A stretch of 59,415 bases of DNA from Nitrospinaceae bacterium (GTDB lineage: Bacteria > Nitrospinota > Nitrospinia > Nitrospinales > VA-1), in contig JBHHVU010000016.1 in NCBI GenBank assembly GCA_046754465.1, positions 1 through 59,415 on the forward strand. Reading direction: 5' to 3'. Of this stretch, positions 1 through 10,134 are shown piece by piece. How positions within the stretch are numbered: the stretch's first letter is position 1; every line of letters begins with the position of its first letter. Position numbers and translations under genes: made by a program. Below the pieces are notes generated by a model. It did not search any database, was not told the origin of the DNA, and was given only the letters and a program-made list of their open reading frames with translations.

Positions 1-59
1 ATTGACTGAGAAATATTTAACGATTAAGAATAGATGCAGGCAAGAGGAGATTTGACCCT

Positions 60-593
60 TTGGGATTGGGAAGGTATGTCGACAATCAGGATGGGACGAT
101 CACGGACACGTTCACGGAATTGATGTGGCAGGAAAGTTATGCCTATGTGGAGACCGGAAATTACATCAACTGGTACGATGCCAATGAATACATCCGGCAA
201 TTGAACGAAAAAAAACTGGGTGGCCACGGGGACTGGCGCCTGCCCGGCCGGCTGGAAATTCAAAGTCTGTACGAGATCGCGAAACCTTTACGGGCCCGGG
301 GAAAAACCTTCATCATGCATATCGATCCGGTTTTTGAATTCAGCTACGGGAGTTGCTTCTGGACCTGCAAGACGCGGTTGTCCGCCGCGCTGGGGTTTGA
401 ATTCGATGCCGGAGACATGCACTGGTATCCGCAAGGGAGCGTTTCCGGGTCCGTGCGCGGGGTGCGATTGCAAATGAAGTCCGGGGTTCTGATCGATCCC
501 ATGTGGCTCAAGGAGGGAAAATTCTCCCAGGAAATCGTCACGCCTCCACCGGGGCCGGTCACCGCCCGGGAAACTCAATGCCATGAACCGTGA
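60..593 (+). CDS. DUF1566 (Lcl C-terminal) domain protein
   Basis: RYVDNQDGTITDxxTxLMWQ, WYDANEY, GGHGDWRLP and terminal SVRGVR motifs; TTG start with GAGGAG upstream. Confidence 0.8.
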   Translation: MGLGRYVDNQDGTITDTFTELMWQESYAYVETGNYINWYDANEYIRQLNEKKLGGHGDWRLPGRLEIQSLYEIAKPLRARGKTFIMHIDPVFEFSYGSCFWTCKTRLSAALGFEFDAGDMHWYPQGSVSGSVRGVRLQMKSGVLIDPMWLKEGKFSQEIVTPPPGPVTARETQCHEP

Positions 594-867
594 AGCACAT
601 TTCAGAAAAGAGAGAGCCCAGGCCCGGAAACTGCGCAAATCCCAGTGGTGGCAGAATAAACTGGACGCGGGAATTTGCCATTATTGCGGGGGGAAGTTCG
701 ACCGGGAGGATCTCACGATGGACCACATCGTTCCCCTTTCCCGGGGCGGCAAGAGCACCCGGGGCAATATCGTGGTGTCCTGCAAGGCTTGTAACAACAA
801 CAAAAAATACTATACTCCTGCGGAAATCATCCTGCGCGATGAAATGGGAAAAGACGTAAGGTTTTGA
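583..867 (+). CDS. Stand-alone HNH endonuclease (Zn-binding)
   Basis: CHYC...TMDHIVPLSRGGKSTRGNIVVSCKACNNNK; overlaps the upstream gene by 11 bp. Confidence 0.9.
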   Translation: MNREAHFRKERAQARKLRKSQWWQNKLDAGICHYCGGKFDREDLTMDHIVPLSRGGKSTRGNIVVSCKACNNNKKYYTPAEIILRDEMGKDVRF

Positions 868-945
868 GGCCGGAAACCCCATCGGCGGAGTTTCAATGGG
901 GTGACGGCCACTGCCCGTTGCGTCCCTTCCCTGCGCCTTTACCCT

Positions 946-1545
946 TCAACTGGGGGTGCCGGGGATGGTTCTGGCTTTTTCCTTGGATCCCTCTTTAATT
1001 TTAGGGACGTGCACCCGGCTTTCGCAGTTCAGGGTGATGTGGACCCCCAACCGGGTCTTGATGAGTTCGGAAATAACATGTTTTTCTGTTTTCAGGATGT
1101 GGTCGACCAGATCCTGAGTCATGATTTCCCCGACAATTTTCATTTCCGGATACACCCACCCCAGTTCTCCGCCGAGACCCCGGGTGTTGCAGTTGCTGTA
1201 TTTTTTGGCCAGTTTGGCGAAAAATTTTTCCACTTTTTCCCGGTCGTGGTATTCCTTGTCCGGGTCTTCCATAGGTTGCTCCGCCAGTTCCTTTTTAAAA
1301 TCGATGAGTGTCTGCCGGATCATTTCCGCCGGTTCCACGGAGGACAATCGAATGTGCCGGACCCGGTATTCCTGGGGTTTGTCGGATTTTAGGGTTACCT
1401 TTTTGGGAACAAAAACCTTTTTGGGTTTCACCCGGGGTTTGGGGGGAGGTTTTGGGGGCTCGGATGGTTTTACCGGTTCCCGGGCCGTTTTGTCCCGTTG
1501 ATAGATGGTTTTTTCGGGTTCCTTGGGTGGTTCGTGTTCAGACAT
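946..1545 (-). CDS. Parvulin (PpiC-type) peptidyl-prolyl isomerase-like protein
   Basis: YRVRHI, FAKLAKKYSNC, GGELGW and IKTRLGVHI motifs; Pro/Lys-rich N-terminus. Confidence 0.75.
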   Translation of the reverse strand: MSEHEPPKEPEKTIYQRDKTAREPVKPSEPPKPPPKPRVKPKKVFVPKKVTLKSDKPQEYRVRHIRLSSVEPAEMIRQTLIDFKKELAEQPMEDPDKEYHDREKVEKFFAKLAKKYSNCNTRGLGGELGWVYPEMKIVGEIMTQDLVDHILKTEKHVISELIKTRLGVHITLNCESRVHVPKIKEGSKEKARTIPGTPS

Positions 1546-1684
1546 GATTTTCCTTCCTCAAAGCGCGATTTTCTTGCATCATCAGGGTGGTATCCAGCGG
1601 GTCCATCCGTGACAGGCTCATGCATGTATTCCGCTCCCTGTCAGCATTCCGGGAAGCCGGGTGGCGGGGTTTTCCCGCCATCCC

Positions 1685-2602
1685 TCAATTGCCGAAACAG
1701 ACCGATTCCAGATAATCGATGACGGCGCCGTTTTCATTGCTGCCGATGACCTCATGCGCCAGGGCCTTCACCTCGGGCAGGGCATTGGCGACCGCGACGG
1801 AGTGTCCGGCGATCCTGAACATTTCCAGATCGTTCAAATAATCTCCAAAGACGACCACCTCCTCGAGGGGTTTTTTCAAGTACTGCGCCAGCAGCCGGAC
1901 CATCCTTCCCTTGTTGGCCTGCTGATGAAACGCCTGGAGCCAATAATATCCCTTGTGAGACACGTCTTCGGCGAAATAGATGTTGAGTTCTTCCGGGTAC
2001 TTTTTTTGCAACTCCTGATAAATGGGTTTGAGAATTTTTCGGCTGTCGATCAACAGGAAGCCGGAGATTTTTTCCAAGGCCGAGAATTCATATTGCTTGA
2101 CCTTCCGGAGCCTTCCGTCTCCCTCCAGGCTGGCGAGGTAAGCCTGGGCACCGGGGTTTCCCGCGTTGCGGTAGTATACCCGGTGCTGGTCCTCATAGGT
2201 GTAAATGAACGGGTCGAGACCCAAAGGCCCGACCATGGCCATCATTTTGTTCACCACGTCGCGGGCGATGAAATCCGTTAAAAACACGTTCCTCCCGGTG
2301 GGAAAATCGGTCAGATAAACTCCGTTGAACAGGACGACCGGAATCTGAAGGTTCAGACCTTTCAAAATGGGGTATACTGAATCATAATTCCGGGCCGTCG
2401 CGATGGTGAATTTCAGACCCCGCTCGATCATCCGGTTCAATCGTTGAATGGACTGATGCGACAGGGTCCCGTCTGAAAGAAGAAGCGTTCCATCCAGGTC
2501 CGAAATATACAATAAATCCCTGGGGGAGGTGCGTTTCTTTGACAACGGCAGCTTAGGGGAACTCCCATTTTTAGAGAAATATTTTTTTAACAAACCGTCC
2601 AT
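1685..2602 (-). CDS. Cof-type HAD-IIB hydrolase
   Basis: SDLDGTLL, IATAR, NKG and FGDYLND motifs. Confidence 0.9.
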   Translation of the reverse strand: MDGLLKKYFSKNGSSPKLPLSKKRTSPRDLLYISDLDGTLLLSDGTLSHQSIQRLNRMIERGLKFTIATARNYDSVYPILKGLNLQIPVVLFNGVYLTDFPTGRNVFLTDFIARDVVNKMMAMVGPLGLDPFIYTYEDQHRVYYRNAGNPGAQAYLASLEGDGRLRKVKQYEFSALEKISGFLLIDSRKILKPIYQELQKKYPEELNIYFAEDVSHKGYYWLQAFHQQANKGRMVRLLAQYLKKPLEEVVVFGDYLNDLEMFRIAGHSVAVANALPEVKALAHEVIGSNENGAVIDYLESVCFGN

Positions 2603-2837
2603 CTTAAAATTATAAACGGCCTCCGCTCCTTTTCACTGAAATTTAATGTTCGATCCCCGGCCATGTAATAAGGCTGAAACTGATTTTAGTCTTTTAAAAA
2701 CCTTTTTCCCAGGGAAAACGGGGCCATGACGGCTTTTCCACGGGCCGGAATTTTGTAAGGATTGATTTGACAATAATACTAATGATCAAAATTTGAAAGT
2801 CAAGGTGGGTGTGTTTATGCCCATGGAGCCGGACCTT

Positions 2838-3770
2838 ATGAATCGTAAAGGATTTGCCTCGAATCGCGAGGGTTTGACAAAAAGATTTCACGCCAGGCGG
2901 CGTTTTTTTATTGGTTTGACGGGGGTTTGGATTTTCTTTTTTTTACCGGTCCTGTCCGTCCAGGCCTTTGATTTTTCCACTTGGGATGCCTTGGTGAAAA
3001 AATACGTGGTCACCACCGTCATCGATGGAGTGGAGCTCAATGCCGTGGCGTACAAAAAATTAAAATCCGATCCGGCATTTGCCGGGATGGTGAAACGTTT
3101 GGAAACCGCGTCCCTCGCGGAATTAAAAACCCGGGAAGAAAAACTGTCCTTTTGGATCAATGTCTATAATATACTGGCCGTGAAAATGATCGTGGATCAT
3201 TATCCAATAAAAAGCATCAAGGATGTGGGCAGCATTTTCAATGTGGGCAGCATTTCAGAGTGGGATGGCGTTTTTGATTGGGACCGTTTTTTCGATGGCG
3301 ACCATTTGTTAGATTGGGACCACTATTCCAATTGGCGCAGCTTTTTCAAATCGGTTTGGACACGCCCAGCGGGAAAGGTCGCCGGGAAGAAACGCACTTT
3401 GAATGATATCGAACATGAGATCCTCAGGAAAATGGGTGAGCCGAGGATCCATATGGCCATCGTTTGCGCTTCGGTCAGTTGCCCCGATCTGAGAAAGGAA
3501 GCCTATTCACCCGGCCGGCTGGACCATCAGCTCGATGACCAGGTGAAACAATTTTTGGCCAACCCGGGAAAAGGAATGCGGATCGACCTCAAAAATAACA
3601 GGGTCTATCTTTCTTCCATCTTCGATTGGTTTAAGGAGGACTTTGAATCCCAGTCCGGGGTGATCGCCTTCATCAGCCGATATGTCTCCCCAGCCGGCAA
3701 AAATTTCCTGGAAAATGGCGGGTTCAAGGTCACCTACTTCGATTATAATTGGAAACTGAACGAAATTTAA
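2838..3770 (+). CDS. DUF547 domain exported protein (start uncertain, 2793-2838)
   Basis: Signal-like hydrophobic stretch, FWINVYN, TLNDIEHEILR, EPRIHMAIVCASVSCP, LSSIFDWF, YNWKLN. Confidence 0.85.
   Translation: MNRKGFASNREGLTKRFHARRRFFIGLTGVWIFFFLPVLSVQAFDFSTWDALVKKYVVTTVIDGVELNAVAYKKLKSDPAFAGMVKRLETASLAELKTREEKLSFWINVYNILAVKMIVDHYPIKSIKDVGSIFNVGSISEWDGVFDWDRFFDGDHLLDWDHYSNWRSFFKSVWTRPAGKVAGKKRTLNDIEHEILRKMGEPRIHMAIVCASVSCPDLRKEAYSPGRLDHQLDDQVKQFLANPGKGMRIDLKNNRVYLSSIFDWFKEDFESQSGVIAFISRYVSPAGKNFLENGGFKVTYFDYNWKLNEI
3222..3347 (+). repeat. Seven degenerate in-frame 18-bp tandem units inside the DUF547 gene
   Basis: GATGTGGGCAGCATTTTC / AATGTGGGCAGCATTTCA / GAGTGGGATGGCGTTTTT / GATTGGGACCGTTTTTTC / GATGGCGACCATTTGTTA / GATTGGGACCACTATTCC / AATTGGCGCAGCTTTTTC. 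Confidence 0.75.
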
Positions 3771-3803
3771 ACGGAATGCGGGTCACCGCTCGGGAGGAGT
3801 AGT

Positions 3804-4568
3804 TTGTCCCACGGAACCAAACTATGGAAAGGGCGGAAACATTATCTGGACAAAATGACCTTGTCCGAATTGGTTCAGGCCTATTTTGCGTATCCGGCCA
3901 TTCAGGCCTACCTGGCATTGACACTGATCAGCGTGGGGGTGACCCTTTACCTGGGCATTGGCTGGGTGACCCTGGGAAGGTGCGTTATTGCCGCGCTTCT
4001 CATTTATCCCCTGGGCTGGTACCTGGTGCATCGGTTCGTTTTACACGGACAATTTCTCTATAAATCCCCCCGCACCGCCGCCCTGTGGAAACGCGTGCAT
4101 TTCGATCACCACCAGGATCCCAACGATTTGAATGTTCTGTTTGGAGCCCTTCACACCACTTTGCCGGCGATTGCGCTGATCACTCTACTCCCAGGATGGC
4201 TGATGGGAGGTCCGGCAGGAGCGGCGGCGGGCTTTGCGGCCGGGCTGCTCATCACATGCTTCTACGAATTCTGTCATTGCATCGAGCATCTGGCCTACAC
4301 TCCCAAACGGCGTTTCCTGCGCCGGATGAAGAAACTGCATCTCGCCCATCATTTCCACAACGAGCGGGGAAATTACGGCATCACCAATTTTATGCCGGAC
4401 AGAGTATTGGCCACCTACTACGCAAGCTCCGAAAAAGTGCCGAGGAGCCCTACGGTATTCAACTTGGGGTACACCCGCGAGGAATCGGAACGGTACCCGT
4501 GGGTGGCGCAGTTGTCCGGCTGGCAAAGTGAGGAAGAACCCTCCATGGAGGCGCATACGGGGAATTAG
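3804..4568 (+). CDS. Fatty acid hydroxylase / sterol desaturase family membrane di-iron enzyme
   Basis: His boxes HRFVLH, HFDHH, HCIEH, HLAHH; NYGIT; hydrophobic helices; GGAGGAG before a TTG start. Confidence 0.88.
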   Translation: MSHGTKLWKGRKHYLDKMTLSELVQAYFAYPAIQAYLALTLISVGVTLYLGIGWVTLGRCVIAALLIYPLGWYLVHRFVLHGQFLYKSPRTAALWKRVHFDHHQDPNDLNVLFGALHTTLPAIALITLLPGWLMGGPAGAAAGFAAGLLITCFYEFCHCIEHLAYTPKRRFLRRMKKLHLAHHFHNERGNYGITNFMPDRVLATYYASSEKVPRSPTVFNLGYTREESERYPWVAQLSGWQSEEEPSMEAHTGN

Positions 4569-4666
4569 TTATCGCCCTTTTCCCCTTGCCGGGCCTGCCA
4601 CCCTTTCAAGTCCCCCCACCTTCCGTAGAAGTGCCCGGGGAGGGGGTCCCGTCCCGGGATTTTCCG

Positions 4667-5821
4667 TCAATCCGCGTGTTTTCTCAAGAAGGTGGGGATA
4701 TCGAAATTGACCGGCATGGAGTTGAAGTCCGGGTTTTCCTCCTTGATGGCATGAGCCAGGTTTTTCAAATGTTTGAAGCTTGAGGCGTCGGCGATGTTCC
4801 TGAGCCCGCCAGCGGTCTTTTCCACGGATTTCAAAAGGGGTTTTTCCACCTCGTCCATTTTGTCATCGAATCCGGTCGCGATCACCGTCACCCGAATCTG
4901 GCCTTCCATATTCGGATCGATCACCGCCCCAAAAATGATATGGGCGTCATCATGGGCGTTTTTCTGGATCAGCATGGAGGCCTCGTTGACTTCCATGAGG
5001 GTGAGGTCCTCCCCGCCGGTGATGTTGATCAAGATGCCCTGGGCGCCGTCCACCGAGGCCTCGTCCAGTAGCGGACTGGAGACGGCTTTTTGCGCCGCTT
5101 CCACCGCCCGGCTTTCGCCGGTGGCCAGGCCGCTGCCCATGAGCGCCTTGCCCATGTCGCCCATGATGGCTTTTACATCGGCGAAATCCAGGTTGATCAG
5201 GCCCGGTACGACGATCAGGTCCGATATACTGCAAACCGCCTGTTTGAGCACATCATCGACGAGCGCGAAAGCCCCGGTGAAGGAAGTTTGTTTGCCGACG
5301 AAGCTCAGCAATTTCTGATTGGGGATGACGATGAGGGTGTCGACGGAATTTTTCAGTTCCCGGATCCCCTCCTCGGCCTGGCTGGTGCGTTTTCTTCCTT
5401 CGAAGGCAAACGGTTTGGTGACCACCCCGACGGTCAGGGCGCCCACATCCCGGGCGATTCTGGCGAGGATGGGAGCGGCCCCGGTTCCGGTTCCACCCCC
5501 CATTCCGGCGGTGATGAACACCATATCCGCTCCTTCCAGAATGTCCCGGATTTGTTCTTCGCTTTCCTCCGCGGCCCGTTTCCCGATATCGGGATTGGAC
5601 CCGGCGCCAAGGCCCCGCGTCAATTCCAATCCGATCTGGATCTTGTCCGGGCACCCGGAAGAGTCCAGCGATTGCACATCCGTATTGGCGACCACGAACT
5701 CCACGCCGCGGATGCTGTCTCTCACCATGGAATTGACGGCGTTGGTGCCGCCGCCGCCGACCCCGATGACTTTCAAGCGCGCGGAGTACTCATTATCGTT
5801 TTCAAATTCTATCACGCCCAT
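4667..5821 (-). CDS. ftsZ: Cell division protein FtsZ
   Basis: GGGTGTG tubulin signature, INLDFAD, C-terminal DIPTFLRK. Confidence 0.99.
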   Translation of the reverse strand: MGVIEFENDNEYSARLKVIGVGGGGTNAVNSMVRDSIRGVEFVVANTDVQSLDSSGCPDKIQIGLELTRGLGAGSNPDIGKRAAEESEEQIRDILEGADMVFITAGMGGGTGTGAAPILARIARDVGALTVGVVTKPFAFEGRKRTSQAEEGIRELKNSVDTLIVIPNQKLLSFVGKQTSFTGAFALVDDVLKQAVCSISDLIVVPGLINLDFADVKAIMGDMGKALMGSGLATGESRAVEAAQKAVSSPLLDEASVDGAQGILINITGGEDLTLMEVNEASMLIQKNAHDDAHIIFGAVIDPNMEGQIRVTVIATGFDDKMDEVEKPLLKSVEKTAGGLRNIADASSFKHLKNLAHAIKEENPDFNSMPVNFDIPTFLRKHAD

Positions 5822-5834
5822 TTTTCCCTCCTGA

Positions 5835-7067
5835 TTAAAAGAACTCTTCCGCCCAGTCTTTCATGCGGCTGAAAATTTTTTCGAAAAGGTTTCGTCCTTG
5901 AAGTTCACGGATTTTTCCGCTTTTGTTGATTCGCCTCCCGTACTGTATGAGCCCGGTGCTGGTGGCGTACATGGGATTGTTGACCACATCGACCAAGCCT
6001 CCCAGGCCGGCGGGGGGCCCCACCCGGACGGGACCCTGAAAAACATTTTCCGCCAGTTCCGCCATCCCCGGCATGCATGCCGCGCCGCCCGTCAGCACGA
6101 TCCCGGAAGTGATGATTTCCCGGTAGCCCGAAACCCCCAGTTCGTGATTGAGCATTTCAAACATTTCCTTGGCCCGCGCTTCGATGATCTCGCTCAAAAT
6201 CTGCCGGGATACGGTCCGGGGTTCCCGCCCTCCCACGCCGGGGACCTCGATGGTCTCATCTTCACGGACCAGCGCGGAATAGGCGCAGCCGTAGGAGTGT
6301 TTGATCTTTTCCGCCTCCGCGTTGGGGGTGCGTAACCCGATGGCGATGTCGTTGGTCATTTGCGACCCGGCGATGGTCAGGACCGAGGTGTGCTTGATGG
6401 CCCCCTGGTAGAAAATGGCCATGTCCGAGGTCCCCCCGCCGATATCGACCATGGCCACTCCCAGTTCCTTTTCATCGTTGGAGAGGACCGATTCGCTGGA
6501 AGCCAGTTGTTCCAGCACAATGTCCTGGACCCCTAGACCGGCCTTGTTGACGCATTTCACGATGTTCTGCGCCGAGGTCACCGCCGCCGTCACGATGTGA
6601 ACCTTCGCTTCCAGGCGAACCCCCGCCATCCCCAGAGGGTCCTTGATCCCATCCTGATTGTCGACGATGAACTCCTGCGGAAGGACGTGAATGACCTCCC
6701 GGTCGAGGGGGATGGCGATGGCCTTGGCCGCTTCGATCACCCGGTCCACATCTTTCTGGGTGATTTCCTTTCCTTTAACGGCAATAATGCCGTGACTGTT
6801 TAGACTGTGGATGTGCCCGCCGGCGATTCCCACGAAGACCGAATCGATTTCGCATCCTCCCATCAATTCCGCCTCCTCCACGGCGCTCTTGATCGACTCG
6901 ACGGTGCTGTCGATGTTCACGACCACGCCCTTTCGTAATCCCCGGGAGGAGTACTGACCCAGTCCAATGATGTCGACGCCCCCCTGGAGATTGGTTTCCC
7001 CGATGATGCAACAGATTTTTGTGGTTCCGATGTCCAGACCCACAACGTAGTTATTTTTTTTGGACAT
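5835..7067 (-). CDS. ftsA: Cell division protein FtsA
   Basis: [22 protein letters not shown]; directly upstream of ftsZ. Confidence 0.98.
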   Translation of the reverse strand: MSKKNNYVVGLDIGTTKICCIIGETNLQGGVDIIGLGQYSSRGLRKGVVVNIDSTVESIKSAVEEAELMGGCEIDSVFVGIAGGHIHSLNSHGIIAVKGKEITQKDVDRVIEAAKAIAIPLDREVIHVLPQEFIVDNQDGIKDPLGMAGVRLEAKVHIVTAAVTSAQNIVKCVNKAGLGVQDIVLEQLASSESVLSNDEKELGVAMVDIGGGTSDMAIFYQGAIKHTSVLTIAGSQMTNDIAIGLRTPNAEAEKIKHSYGCAYSALVREDETIEVPGVGGREPRTVSRQILSEIIEARAKEMFEMLNHELGVSGYREIITSGIVLTGGAACMPGMAELAENVFQGPVRVGPPAGLGGLVDVVNNPMYATSTGLIQYGRRINKSGKIRELQGRNLFEKIFSRMKDWAEEFF

Positions 7068-7079
7068 GCGCATTCTCCA

Positions 7080-7997
7080 CTAACTGGGAGATCCCTTCTT
7101 GATATTTCGAGTGGTCCGAAGGTGGTTTTTGTGTTGGACCACGACCTGATCCTTGAAGGACAAATCAATCAGGCCGACGCCCTTTCCATCTTCACCCAGG
7201 GTTTCCAGCACGATCATGAAATTTTGAAATCCCTCCGAAAGCGAGTTCGGGTCCATAACCATTCTCAGGCTCGAATCTCGCGTGTAAAGGGTGATGCGGG
7301 AGTAATCATTCAATTTCGCCGACTGCAGGGGATTTTTGCGGAAAAAGGACAGTTTGTTTAAATAATGCATGGTCTGCAGGCATTGAATCACTCCGTCGGC
7401 GGCGGCATTTTGGCCCAGACCCAGCGGGGCCGCCCCGGGTTGAACCACCAGGGGAAGGTCTTGGTAGGCCGGCCCGTCGTAGGCTAGAAGAACCCCAAAA
7501 TTATCCATGACGTAAACGCGGTCCAGCTTGATCCTCGCGTAAGGCACGCGTTCCACCACCTCCACCAAAAGGCTGTGCGGGAACACCTTCCGGGCGGAAA
7601 CGCTGCGAACCCAGGGGTGCCGGGCCAGCCTCCTCGAAATATCGTCCAGGTCGAGCAGAAAAATGTTTTCCCCGGTGACGGGTCCGGCCCATTCACGAAG
7701 TTTGTCCTCTTGCACCTTATGGTTGCCGGAAAAGTTAATCTGGGATACTGCGAAACGAGGGGACGCTATGAGGAAGAGGTACCCGGAGTAAATCCCATAC
7801 GAACATACCGCCACCATAATAAATTTAACCGTCAAATTAATCAATGCCCTTATGAGGACCCAAACGGCAGCGAAGAACTTCGGGTTCCTTCCGGCGCGGA
7901 GAAAGTCGCCGTCTTTTTTCCGTTTCCGGCGTCTTTGCGACTGCAACTCCCCCCAAGCGGCGGCGGGGCTTTTATGACTTGCCAGTGCGTAATCCAT
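7080..7997 (-). CDS. ftsQ: Cell division protein FtsQ/DivIB
   Basis: Single TM, POTRA-like HPWVRSVSARKVFP...VER, C-terminal IDLSF; position in the dcw cluster. Confidence 0.9.
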   Translation of the reverse strand: MDYALASHKSPAAAWGELQSQRRRKRKKDGDFLRAGRNPKFFAAVWVLIRALINLTVKFIMVAVCSYGIYSGYLFLIASPRFAVSQINFSGNHKVQEDKLREWAGPVTGENIFLLDLDDISRRLARHPWVRSVSARKVFPHSLLVEVVERVPYARIKLDRVYVMDNFGVLLAYDGPAYQDLPLVVQPGAAPLGLGQNAAADGVIQCLQTMHYLNKLSFFRKNPLQSAKLNDYSRITLYTRDSSLRMVMDPNSLSEGFQNFMIVLETLGEDGKGVGLIDLSFKDQVVVQHKNHLRTTRNIKKGSPS

Positions 7998-8006
7998 GGT
8001 GTCCGT

Positions 8007-8930
8007 TTATCCGTCGTAATCCAGTTGCGCGTATTTTAAAATTTCCAGGACCAGGTCCTCGAAATCGATTCCCGCCTGCTTCGCGGCCATGGGCAGAAGG
8101 CTGGTCGGGGTCATTCCCGGAATGGTGTTCATCTCCAGAACGTGGGGGATGCCCTTCTCGTCAACGATGGCGTCCACCCGGGGAACGCCCTTTCCCTTGA
8201 GAGCGCGGAAGACGCTCAAGGCGGTTTCCTGGCAACGCGCGGTTTCCTCCGGCGAGAGTTCCGCCGGGCAGATGTATTCGGTTTTCCCGCGCGTGTATTT
8301 GGCCTCGTAATCGTAAAAACCCGATTTGGGGCGGATATTCACGATCGGCAGGGGCTGTTCCCCTTTCATCCCCATGGCGACCAGCCTGCCATCAATGAAT
8401 TTTTCCACAAGGACCTCCTCCGAAAAAGTGAACGCGTTATTCATGGCCGGTTCCCATTCACTTTCCCTTTTGACGATGCTGACCCCCAGGCTGGAGCCCT
8501 GGTTCGAGGGTTTGACCACCACGGGCAATTCCAGCTTGCGGCTGGGTTCCGTTCGGCCGTTTCTATAAAACACCTGGTATGGCGCTGTGGGAATCCCATA
8601 CAACTCGAAAATTTCCTTGGACTTCACCTTGTCATAGGCCAGGGCGCTTCCCAGGACCCCCGATCCGGTATAGGGGATGTTGGCGTATTCCAGGAGCCCC
8701 TGGATGGTCCCGTCTTCGCCATAAGTTCCATGCAGGGCGATGAAGGCCAGGCCGATCCCGCTTTTTTCAAGTTGGGCCGCGACATCGCGGGCCACATCGA
8801 TGGGAACCGCATCCAATCCTTTTTTCCTGATCGCTTCATAAACCGATTTCCCTGAGACCAGGGAAACCTCTCTTTCTGGAGACAACCCTCCCATGAGAAT
8901 CCCGATCTTTTTTCCTTTCAGTGTCTCCAA
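8007..8930 (-). CDS. ddl: D-alanine--D-alanine ligase
   Basis: GGLSPEREVSL, LHGTYGEDG, GSSLG, FYDYEAKY, EMNTIPG; TTG start. Confidence 0.97.
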   Translation of the reverse strand: METLKGKKIGILMGGLSPEREVSLVSGKSVYEAIRKKGLDAVPIDVARDVAAQLEKSGIGLAFIALHGTYGEDGTIQGLLEYANIPYTGSGVLGSALAYDKVKSKEIFELYGIPTAPYQVFYRNGRTEPSRKLELPVVVKPSNQGSSLGVSIVKRESEWEPAMNNAFTFSEEVLVEKFIDGRLVAMGMKGEQPLPIVNIRPKSGFYDYEAKYTRGKTEYICPAELSPEETARCQETALSVFRALKGKGVPRVDAIVDEKGIPHVLEMNTIPGMTPTSLLPMAAKQAGIDFEDLVLEILKYAQLDYDG

Positions 8931-9085
8931 AAGTTTGACTCACCAAAATGAAAGAAGGTCCGCCTCCGGCCTTCGGCCAAAAGGCCGGAGACAAAGGAAG
9001 GAGGGGTACCTTTGGTAGCGGACCTTTTAAACATCATTTTTCTTCCTTGGCGGCGGGATTCCCGTGACCTTGGCCGGGGGTCTCC

Positions 9086-10009
9086 CTATTCACCGACAAA
9101 AACGATTTCCATTTGCAGGTCGATGCCTGTTTTTTTCTTAACCACCTCTTGAACGTGTTCGATCAGGCGGAGAACGTCGGCGGCGCTCGCCTCGCCGGTA
9201 TTCACGATAAAATTCGCGTGTTTGAGAGAAACCTTGGCCTGTCCAATACGGTGTCCCTTGAGTCCCGCCGCCTCGATCAGCCGTCCCGCCGTGTCGTTGG
9301 GGGGATTTTTGAATACCGATCCCGAGTTGGGGATCGTGAGCGGCTGCCGGGAACTCCTTCGGCCCAGGTGCCCGGTCATCGTTTCCTGAATTTCCGCGAG
9401 CCGTCCTTTTTCCATTTCCAGTTCGGCTTGCACGATGATCCCTCCCTCGGAAGGGAAAACGGTTTTGCGGTATTCAAACCTCATTTCCTCCGTGTTCAGC
9501 GTCTCCAGTTCCCCCTCGGGGGTGACGCGGGTAACCTTTCGGATCACCTGCCCGATTTCGGTTCCCTCCGCGCCCGCGTTCATGACCACCGCGCCTCCCA
9601 GGGACCCGGGAATACCCACCAGCGGCTCGATACCCCGCAGCGAGTACCGGGCGGCGTATTTGGCCAGATAGGAAAGCTTGACCCCAGCCCCCACGCGGAG
9701 GCGGGCCGATTCCTTCCCCTCCGCGTCGCGCGAAAATACGGGCGGGGTGATCGATTTGAAACTATTCTTGAGGCAGATGACGATGCCGCGGATTCCCCGG
9801 TCCCCGACCAAAAGATTCGTTCCCTCACCCAGGATGAACAAGGGAACGTCTCCCCGATGCTTGAAAATCGTCTGCAGGTCAGCGATGTCCTTCGGGAGGA
9901 TAAAAATATCCGCCGGACCGCCGATCCGGATCGAGGTATGCGCGCACATCATTTCATCGCGCCTCACCTCGCCTTTAATCTTGTATAACCAGGGAAGGGA
10001 ATGGCTCAT
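9086..10009 (-). CDS. murB: UDP-N-acetylmuramate dehydrogenase (an alternative ATG at 10141 overlaps the murC stop)
   Basis: HTSIRIGGPA, LGEGTNLLV, GIPGSLGGAVVMNAGA, NSGSVFKNP, KHANF. Confidence 0.95.
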   Translation of the reverse strand: MSHSLPWLYKIKGEVRRDEMMCAHTSIRIGGPADIFILPKDIADLQTIFKHRGDVPLFILGEGTNLLVGDRGIRGIVICLKNSFKSITPPVFSRDAEGKESARLRVGAGVKLSYLAKYAARYSLRGIEPLVGIPGSLGGAVVMNAGAEGTEIGQVIRKVTRVTPEGELETLNTEEMRFEYRKTVFPSEGGIIVQAELEMEKGRLAEIQETMTGHLGRRSSRQPLTIPNSGSVFKNPPNDTAGRLIEAAGLKGHRIGQAKVSLKHANFIVNTGEASAADVLRLIEHVQEVVKKKTGIDLQMEIVFVGE

Positions 10010-10134
10010 GGCTATGCTCTGGCGTAATTTGCGTCCCAGGACGGTTTTAGGAAATTCCAGCTGGGTTTGCAGGGGAAGCCTCTTCCCCATGCCGGAATGA
10101 GTAAAGTTGATCAATCTCCGTTTCCATGGCTCGC

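Noticed and set aside
60..867. DUF1566 plus HNH as a diversity-generating retroelement target or defence module
   Set aside because: No reverse transcriptase, no template/variable repeat pair and no methylase seen in the window; the HNH looks like a common stand-alone type. Upstream context is missing.
3222..3347. CRISPR-like array
   Set aside because: Units are contiguous, degenerate, in frame and have no spacers; no cas genes.
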